In this document: one piece after another, positions 53,921 to 64,000 of the stretch
How positions within the stretch are numbered: position 1 is the first letter of the stretch
Layout of the letters: the number at the start of each line of letters is the position of its first letter
Assembly (NCBI RefSeq): GCF_006345805.1
Contig: NC_042999.1
Coordinates: forward strand, 39,618,001 to 39,682,000
Source: Octopus sinensis
Lineage: Eukaryota
Length of the DNA stretch: 64,000 bases
Direction of reading: 5' to 3'
The notes under the pieces: model-generated
Told to the model about the DNA's origin: nothing
The model's database searches: none
Seen by the model: the letters and a program-made list of their open reading frames with translations, nothing else
Made by a program: the position numbers and the translations under genes

Positions 53921-56146
53921 CCTATTTCAGATCCTTTCAAGCTACGAAACTAAAACTTTCCCGAATCAAATACTCACACGATCATGCACATGTATTTGTA
54001 TGCATGAGTCAGTTGATCCAGCACATTTTTATTGGTGGTCTATGAAGTCCTTGCTATTTTGCGTTTCGTCAACATACTATATTTGTTTTACTATATCTGT
54101 TTCACACGTTGCAGGGTCACATATGTATTAATTAATGTTACACACCGCAGTGGAAAGGTCAATTCAACTACTAATTTCAAGGAAAAATACAATATATACG
54201 TTCGTACATAGCGTATATATGGAAGTTTTTTTTAAAAAGGTATTCATTCGAAACTATGTTTTCCTGTTTTGGTTTCACTGCTCAGCATCCTGAAAAAGTG
54301 TTCTATTAATTTGGCATTTACTTGTCTATGTATATGTAGCGAACTTTGTTATAAATCAATTAGGAATGCTTGCCTTCAGTATATGTTCATGAATGCGAAA
54401 ATGTTTCCATGTCTCTGTATGTATACTGTTGATAGCTGAGGAAAAAAGGATGCAATCCAGGGAAATGCCAAATAGAATGATGACAGTAATTAATAAATTG
54501 AGTCCAGGCTACAGTACGGTTGTCGATATAATTTAATAAAGACTTCAAGCAGGGGCTCCTATGAGGCCATAGATCAAAAATCTATAAATGGTAAAATAAT
54601 AAAAAATTAAGATAATACATATTAAAATTTAGCGTATAATTATAAAATGTTTTCTGGAGTTTTGTTTTTCTGAATTTGTGAATTAAGGTTGATAACAAAG
54701 TTGTATCATGAAATATACACTTATACTTTTGTTCTGAACATCAGTTAGCAATAAAAATATTATCTAGCAATACAAAATTTTATTTAAAATGTTTCTCAAC
54801 GTGGAAACTATTACTACAAAAACTTAATTTAAAAAAAAATATTGTGAAAAACCAGGATTTACAAAAATACATAAACTTTTAATTTATAAAATCTTTCGGA
54901 TTGATCGTTGCGCTATCCTCTTGTGCATGCCAACATTTATCAGTGCATAATTAAATAAATCAATCATGGTGATAGATACCGTGTGACAAATAAAATAATT
55001 GATTAATATACTAATTGAAAAATTATAAATATTTCTGAAACAAATTATGATTTTGCACAATACACAAATTAGCTAACATCGTTTAAGTTATTTCCAAATT
55101 GCTTAGTCAGGTATGTTTCCGATTCATACAAGTTTAGCATGTAAATTCAACTTGTTAATCTGTTCAAAATAATATCTAAGAGTCTTTAAATTCGTTTTGA
55201 TGAAGACCGTTTATTAATTTTTGCTAATTGATTGATGGATAAAAATATTGATTTCTGGGCAATGAAAAATTAAAAGTGATAGATGGCTGGTCGAGGGAAA
55301 ATTCAGCATTTAATTATATCATGTTATATTTTTCGCCAAATACATTTAAATAACATCGAAGCAATATTACTCTGTATAAACATAATTAGATACACAGACA
55401 TGTCAAAAGTAGAGAGACATCCCTTATTAATGCCTTTTCTTTTTCTTTTTCGGGTAGGGGTATATAAATATAAATTGTTTCTAGAAAGTAGCTGCGAAGA
55501 ACAGAAGCAAAACAGTTGTCTGATTTTTAAGGTGGGTGTATTGTATGCCCATCTGAATTTGCAGTTAGTGTAATATTGCATAAAGTCTTGGGATTATTCT
55601 TGCTACAGTCAACAGATTGTACACTTTACTAGCAAAGGACAGGAATACTAAGCATCCATCTGACGTCGTGACCACATGGGTCACCGGAGCAGAATAAGTC
55701 TTTTATCTGACCGGAAAATACCCAAAAGAACATTGCTGACTGTATGAAACATGGAAGAACGAAGATTAGTAATCCAATTTTTCTGGTCTAAAGTTGTGGC
55801 AATAGCTGAAGTTCATTATAGACTTTGCGTAGAGAACAAAAACAGCGCTCTACTGCGTATAATTGTATATTGGTAGATCTGTAATTTAAAAAGTGGCAAG
55901 ATAGGCGTGAAGCATGACGGAGGGGCAGAACGATTAGGAGTTCCCTGTTATCTAGAATTCAAATAATATATTTTTTCCAGGGATTTAACTCAGTTCTACA
56001 AAATGCGTACATCTAGCTACCTACCTATATCCCGTTACCTTACTTTCGGGACTTTGTCATCCACACATTGACACTGTAGCTACTGAACATTAATTTTTCT
56101 ATTGAGTTATTATAAATTTAATGCATTCTAATGATAAGATTCTACT

Positions 56147-56178
<32 letters not shown>

Positions 56179-56190
56179 TCTTCATGCATA

Positions 56191-56470
56191 CACACACGCA
56201 CATGTAATTATATATATATATCTTCATGCATACGCATACGCACACATTTCCGCTGACCAATTGCTGTGTGTCACTAAAAACTTAATTATGATTTTCTTTT
56301 CCTGGATTTGTGAATTATGATTAATAACAATGTTGTATCATGAAATATACAATTATTCTTTTAATTTGATATATTAAACACTATATAAAATCCTACGTTC
56401 TCCAAACTTTAGTCTAGTCGAATTCTTTGAGAAGGAATCAATTTAAGATCTGATACTTGCAGTATATATA
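56191..56470 (+). repeat. Local duplication, copy 2
   Basis: Aligns with 52161-52200 joined to 52403-52690. Confidence 0.88.
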
Positions 56471-56473
56471 TAC

Positions 56474-57286
56474 TACAGGGCCCGATGGGTAAATTGTCGC
56501 TATATTTTTGCGCATGTGCATTCATTGTTCTGATTTTGTCGATTACACGGTAGAGAGCGTCAGTTGGGTACTGTCTGTGAGAAAAAAACAGCACCATCAC
56601 GCAATTCACTCTGCCAGGAATTTGGAAACTACATACTGTACTACTTGGCATTCACGCAGGAAGCTCCAATACGAACATATACCGAGAATGATAAAAATCA
56701 AACATCCAGGCAACGGCATGGTGTTTCGAGTGATTACTAGTGATGGCGACGTTATGCCTCCATTCATCTACCTACATGGCCTGAGACCCAACACGGAAGC
56801 CTACATTAAATGTCTCAATGAAGATGATGGCAGCTGGAAGACCCTATGTTTCGCAACAGCACTCTGCACAATGCTACACAAGCAGGAGAATCGATTCATA
56901 GTTGTCAGACATTTTCTGCGACCACATTATTCCTACATCTGGCCACCAAACTCCCCGGACAGCAATTCTCTTTATTATTGTGTGTGGAGCACAGTTGATC
57001 GAGAGACCGATAAAACTCCTTGTAACATAAAGGGTGAACTGAAGGCAAATATTATAGCAGCATTCACCCACGTAAACAAGGAGACTGCCAAGAAGTGTAT
57101 CAGGAAGTTCCGAAATCGTTTAGAGACCGTGGATGAAGCCAAAGGCTGTTGTATTGAATACATTTACTCTTTAGTGTTTCAAGATATTTCTATGTAATTT
57201 TAGTAAATATGCCTGTTAAAGTGAAATGTCAGTGTTATTTTCCGTTTTGCATAATTTAGACGACAGTTTATTCATGGCACCCTGTA
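56474..57286 (+). mobile_element. Internally deleted Tc1/mariner (maT/DD37D-like) transposon
   Basis: TA-CAGGG...AAATTGTCG left end and CGACAGTTTATTCATGGCACCCTG-TA right end. ORF 56508-57197 contains KHPGNGMVFRVITSDGDVMPPFI and WPPNSPDSNSLYYCVWSTV. Confidence 0.88.
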
Positions 57287-57574
57287 TAAAAAAGAAGAAC
57301 CACATTTTGTTTCCTTCAGAATACCTTTTCTGCAGAAGCGAACCTTCTTTGTATTCCTTTAAGTATTTCTTTTTCTTGTCTGAACAAATATGTCATCTGT
57401 ATAGTTGAATATTCCTAATATTCTGAATGGAAGCAAAATTACAGGGGACACACACACAAGGAAGATTGAAAAGTTGAGTCACAGACACAAAAGTGAACAA
57501 TAGGGAAAATAACTTCTTTAAATATTGGATTCTCATGTTAGCACAAAGCCAGCAACATCGGAGAAGTGGGTATG

Positions 57575-57668
57575 TCATTTATATCGACCCCAGGAATAAA
57601 CCGGGCCTTATATTATCGACCCCGAAAGGATCAAAAGCAAAATAAACCTCGGCGGAAATTACTTCAGA
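57575..57668 (-). mobile_element. SINE family C fragment
   Basis: TTATCGACCCCGAAAGGATCAAAAGCAAA...CCTCGGCGGAA matches the reverse complement of ~5895-5940. Confidence 0.55.
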
Positions 57669-59609
57669 TAAGATATTAAAATGACATGTTTAAAGTTTAC
57701 TGTCACAACATAAGATGCAAAACGATAACAACACAATTAAAGCACAAAAAAAAACTAACAAGAATATGTGATATCCTAGAAGCTACAAATGCAAATTATA
57801 TAGTAAATCACTCCAGTGACGACGTAGCATAATGGTTGACATTTTATGATATATTGCATTATAATAACATAAACAAGAATTGCATATCACATCTTATGCT
57901 ATATAAGCTCAAACAGCTACAATAACATTTTTGTGATGGATACATGAAATTTTAAGCAATGGCTTTAGATGAAGTTATTTGTTGAGTAGGAACAACTTCG
58001 TAAGAAACATAAATTCAGATACTTACATACATAAAACTAGAATGGAGAAAGCGGATTCGAAGACCACGGATCTAAACCCTCACTGGAACTGTAAAAATCT
58101 GTAAAACTTTCCAAAACTTTATCATGAAGGCATATATGAACATGTCTAGATATGCAACTATATGCTTGAGAATACGTACACAAAAACAAAGCATACAAAT
58201 CTGCATGTATATATTAATAAAAAGATACCCTGTTGATGTTCTTGAAAGTCCAATGAAAGAGACCTCGATCTAGGTTAGGAAATGGCTCTTTTTTGTATTG
58301 GCAAGAAATCTTGAAATAAAACTGAATAATGGCAATCCATCCATCAATCCATTCATACATACATACATAGATACATACATAGATACATAGATACATACAT
58401 ACATACATACATACATACATACATACATACATACATACATACATACATACTCTCAGTTGAAGTTGTATTTTAAGAAAAAATAAACTTCCGTAGTTTAGGG
58501 GATGAATTTGCCAGGCAAGTGATTTCATTCTAGATTGTTTTGAAACTAAAACAATAGCAGCGCAGAAGACACATGCGAACCATTAACGGAACATAAAACC
58601 TTCATTAAATATTTATTTCTTGGAATAAAAATGTTCATCTCACCAACTGCGAACTAGTCATTAGCACAGTTCCGTTTCACCTAGTTTCAAGGGAGCTGTA
58701 TTCCAGTATATATAGGCTTCTGGTTTATTAATATAATTTTTCATCTATGTTGACCAGTAGTTCTGCTTGTATATTACCTGGTTCTCATATTTGTTAAACT
58801 AACTTAGCATGTAGTTGTAATTAACGTAGCCCCCTCTCTCTCCCGTTCTTTGCCTCAGTAGGGTTTCCTATGATATTACATAGAACAGCATATTAGGAAT
58901 TAATCAGTCACATTCCGTTAAATGTTCAATCACTAGTCTTTCTTACGTTCTATTCTTTGACGAAATGGAATGCAAAATTTCAAAAAAATTATTAATAATA
59001 CCAAGCACCACTTGATAAAAAAAAAACAGCATATAGAATATTACACTAATATGGCTCAAATTCTCCCACGCAAAGACATAGATAAAACATACGAAACAAT
59101 ATCTATATCTATTTCTCCAGTTATATCTGTTCTCATAAAGTGATGTTCATATTATCATATGACCAACTCATCGGATTGACACATAATTTGACTTCCTCTA
59201 AAATGTTTGCCCAAAGTATCTCCTCAGATTACATGTGGAACCAACGCCCAATGGAGCTCCATGTTGTTACGTGAAAATTATAGAATCTCAAAGTGTGGCG
59301 GAAGAGCCAATAAAACAGTTAGCTGTACATCTTATCCGATGACGAGTTTCATCTCAGCAATCTGCACCTGAGCTAATACCAGCTGGCCCTAAAATTACTC
59401 AATAAAAAGAATCAAATTTTGAAACTGCTTACGGAGTCAAGGAAAATACGCATTAGCCACAAAACTTTCCACCAGGAACTACTTTTGAATATCTTGAAAA
59501 TAAGAAACCGATGAAATAAACGCAAATAACTTTTTCAAGGAACAAAGCATATTTTCATTATTTACTTTGTATTTCTTCTGCTTGTGTGAAAAGTAACTAT
59601 TTCCGGTGT

Positions 59610-59668
<59 letters not shown>

Positions 59669-59837
59669 CCTTGCATACATACATATGTGTGTGTGTGTGT
59701 GTGTTAATATAATCCGCTAGGTGCAATATTATACCATAAAGGAAAAACTTCATTGTTACTGATCGTGACTGAGACTACCGAGCACGTATATTGCAACAAA
59801 TAATTAAGTACTCTTAATGCTGTAAGAGGTACGCAGC

Positions 59838-59890
<53 letters not shown>

Positions 59891-60948
59891 TATACACACT
59901 GACAAGGGAGATAAGCCTCCCGAAGATCACTAGACAAGAATAGCTTCACCTATGAGTCGTAGGCTCGTTAGTCGTGACTACTCAAAATCTCCCATGCCAG
60001 CGTGCTTCTTACAACATTACGAGAGTTAAACTCTTATTCCCTGAAATATAGGTGTTTCGGCACCCTCAGTCACAACTATCGCTTTCACTCTCTCTTTTTT
60101 CCGCTCTCAGTCTCTCCTTCTCTTTCACACTCTCTGTTTGTCTCTCTCTCTCAATATATATGAGGCAAAAATCAATACTTGACCGATTAAGACGAGTGAT
60201 GTCGGCTGCTGTCCAATTGCATCAGTCCAACAACTGAGGAAAGACTCCAAGACAGTTGGAACAGTAGCAGTAAGCAGGTGAAAGTGACTGTTGGTGATTC
60301 GAGAGTGCATTTGAATACCTCCCACAGGTGTGATTTACACATTATTCAAAACTGTCTTAGAAACTGTTTTTGGAATTCTGAATGATCATTTTTTTCATAT
60401 TTCTGTATATAATATCACGTGGTCTTATACGATATTTCGTTTTCATTTAGATGTTGACATTTGAAACGATGAATCATGTTATACATCAAACGCATGTCAG
60501 TCTTTTATGAATATACTGAGATGCAATGTTATAGATCTAATTTCCAAATGGTGTATCAGAGACCAAACTTTTGATCGACGATGCAAGGGAGTTGATTTGA
60601 ATTTCATCTGTGTTAATTATGTAACATTTTACTCAAATCAAAAACTAGTAACATAGGGAGGAGTCAGCTGGTCTTGCTAGAGTCATCGTTTACCACTACG
60701 TTGTCGAAAATGTATCTCACTAGTGTTGTGTTTAGTGCGTTATCTTTTAAGAATTCCGGGTCGAGTTCACTTGAGAATCCCCATTTTTCTAAAAAGTACG
60801 AGAGGAAGAAATAAGACATATAATTACATGCAGTGTAATTCTGAAGTCCTTATATACAGTTCTTTTATATATTAGAATGTTTGTTCATAGTCACATATAT
60901 TTCTTTGTATATATTGGTACATACACACACAAATACACGTATATATGG

Positions 60949-60993
<45 letters not shown>

Positions 60994-61040
60994 AATATAT
61001 CTATATATATATATATATAATATATATATGTAAATGTATG

Positions 61041-61088
<48 letters not shown>

Positions 61089-61092
61089 AATG

Positions 61093-61156
<64 letters not shown>

Positions 61157-61525
61157 CGTACATGCCTGTTGATGGAAGTAGATAAGTGGTGACGAGTATT
61201 TAGGCTTCTATGAAATGTATTTATATATATATATATATATATATATCAGAATAGATATGGTGATTGCGGTATATACACCAAGTGTGCCGCATCCAAATCG
61301 ATATTGATTTGTCGTCAATGTTTAAACATGCTTTCCAGAATTCATAGTGTCCTGTTCTTCTTTTTTTCTTTAAATGCTTCCAATTAATGTGTTGCTTAAA
61401 TATACACGTTGTCAAAAAACTGAGGACTATGATAAGAAAATCATTAATGCACCTGGTGTGATACACGGAATATAATATCAAAGATGTTACCTATAATTAA
61501 AATACCAATAGTATCATTGATAAAA

Positions 61526-61526
61526 T

Positions 61527-61576
<50 letters not shown>

Positions 61577-61594
61577 TACTACTACTACTACTAC

Positions 61595-61646
<52 letters not shown>

Positions 61647-61656
61647 TGTAATAATA
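61526..61656. repeat. Compound (TAC)n(TAA)n microsatellite
   Basis: Visible runs. Confidence 0.93.
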
Positions 61657-61761
61657 AAATTAATAACGTTAAACATATTGTGTACATTTAATACGTAGCC
61701 ACGCACGCCGAAGCACGTCGGTTTTTGTATATGGACAACATTATATGTACAATTCCTATAA

Positions 61762-61811
<50 letters not shown>

Positions 61812-62674
61812 ACGAGCTATTGATACATTATAATTGGATGTCGCATTACCTTTATTGATTCGTATGAAATTTAATGCAACAAGTTTGTGCTGCTTATTTG
61901 ACCAAATGATGTAATATATTTAGTAGTTTCTATTTGAAGTTTATTTTGTTATTCATATTTCATCACCTGTAGCTTCCTTCGCATTCCAACATTTGCATAA
62001 ATTACGGTTAGGTTTATCAACACATCGACATTTTATTCTTCATACAAAATGAAACAAATATATACACGTTATATTGTCGACAAAACTTTGACAAAATGGA
62101 AGATCGATGGAATAAAATGAAAAGAACAAAAGGTGCTGAAAGAGATCTTATTTTCCTGCTGTTCTTTTGTGGATGATCAGTAGTTTAAGAAACAAGGAGT
62201 GTGAGCCTGATACTATCAGTCGATACTGGTAATTGCTACGATGCTGTCTGTGTGGTTGTGCATTATTATATTTCTTTAGATTATATCAATGGTATCTCAG
62301 ATCTATTACAAGTTTGTGTGGACATATCTACTCTTCTCCCGTATTTTTTGCATATTTGTAATATGTAGTTTCTACTCCTCATAGGTATAGAATATTTTCA
62401 ATATATTTAAAAACATTTGGTGTATTACAATATTATAATTAGCGTCGCTAATTCTCCATTTGCAAAAAACTTTACGTTACTACCATCATTCGAAGAAGAG
62501 GGAGAATGACGCTTCATCTAATTTCACTGCATATATGATGTGAATGTTTTTTGAAAAGTATTTAACTGATTGCCCAGAAACCACTTGTGTATTATAGTGA
62601 AGTTATTACTTCAATTGCCTAGGCGTAATATTAAACGTAATTGCAATGGCCATGGTTTATATATATATATATGT

Positions 62675-62721
<47 letters not shown>

Positions 62722-63623
62722 TGAGTGTAAATGTATATATATATATATACACACACACATATATATATATACATAAATGGAAATACAATTTGTCAATGTT
62801 AAAGATTTATATTTAAAAAATCAATACGTTATCCAAAGAGGCATAACATATCCAAAAGACACAAAATTTTACGTCAGAATAAGAAAACAAGGATACTAAA
62901 CATAGAAATAAGCATGAAATTGATAAATATTAATGCAGGCTATCATTTATATGCATAGAAAAAGCTAATATGTGAAGAAACGAAGTGCTATTAGGCAGCA
63001 GAATGCTGTGGGGTAGAGGTGAAAACCGAGTATTTTAGCATAAACTATTTTCGCCTATTGGAATCACAATCAATTTCAATCAGAATCTTATCCATATTCA
63101 AATACCTGAACGATATTGCATATTGCGAGTTATATACGAAAAGTGTTTTTAAAATTTACTAACGTATATCGGCTATTCAAATTATTTAACTAGTCAACAA
63201 AGTTGTTCTATGTTTTACAATGTACATAGTGGAGGATGAATAAATTTAACGGAACTGTGTATCGAAATGTTAAAAAGGAATGATCAAATTATGAAAATCT
63301 AGGGGATATGCCTGAGGCGTCGGTAAATAAATTCGGAATTTCTTTGCTTCAAATATTGTAACACTGGAAATGGTACAGTGAATTAAAATTTTCTAAAAAT
63401 CAATTGAACATTGTATGTCTTATTAAACATTTCGATAATTTGGTTGATATTTACGAAGTGCCAAAATAATTTTACCATAGTCATTAAGAACTAAGTTCGG
63501 ACTAACAAGATAAATGAATATTAGAGCCATAGATATATTGTTGTGCACCAAATAAGGTAACAAACGCCAAATACAATATATGAATGTTATATTCTATTGT
63601 ACATCTCACCAATATGTTATAAG

Positions 63624-63662
<39 letters not shown>

Positions 63663-63665
<3 letters not shown>

Positions 63666-63947
63666 ATTTAAAGGACTGACCATTAAAAGTGGACAGTCAA
63701 TATCCTAGATATAGACGTCAAAATCGCTATTTTCCACGAAGAATGTGTTCTCAAGAAAAAAACTCAGCACAAAACCAAATGAAAACATACGAAATTAAAA
63801 ATTTTCATTTGTCTTGCTTATTTTTTTACACTTTGGTTTTGTGCTGAGTTTTTTCTTGAGAACACATTCTTCGTGGAAAATAGCGATTTTGACGTCTATA
63901 TCTAGCATATTGACTGTCCACTTTCAGTGGTCAGTCCTTTAAATTTT
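63663..63947. repeat. ~117-bp near-perfect inverted repeat next to (TA)n; probable PLE inverted pseudo-LTR
   Basis: Arms 63663-63779 and 63832-63947 with a ~52-bp spacer and few mismatches. Confidence 0.85.
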
Positions 63948-64000
63948 GAAAGTATAAAATATTTTAATCTTCGTATTTTTTTAATATGCTAGGCCACTGG

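Noticed and set aside
60234-60275. CTGAGGA...GGAAC hammerhead-like text
   Set aside because: GAAA is absent and stems I and III cannot be formed convincingly.

Overview
AT-rich, microsatellite-dense eukaryotic DNA with no recognisable host gene. The SINE repertoire suggests an octopus or other coleoid cephalopod (inference from recall, not a search). The window is almost entirely transposon-derived: tRNA-head SINEs of several families, decayed mariner/Tc1, Helitron-helicase, RTE and APE-LINE remnants, and several Penelope-like element (PLE) pieces inserted in (TA)n. The main structure is a ~13.2 kb head-to-tail PLE array (36361-49586, period ~5.56 kb): two RT + C-terminal GIY-YIG units and three ~1.75 kb pseudo-LTRs, each carrying a minimal hammerhead-ribozyme motif. 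Both units share two in-frame stops. One is a TAA between the RT and the Cys-rich linker/endonuclease. The other is a TGA exactly where a Cys of the endonuclease CxxC is expected, with the frame staying open to the C-terminal CRH motif in copy 1. That makes it a selenocysteine candidate, but no SECIS was identified by eye. A 44-bp piece of the element is reiterated about 9 times at the array's 5' junction. Further hammerhead motifs and hairpin-shaped pseudo-LTR remnants are scattered through the window. Most short ORFs in the track are microsatellite artefacts.
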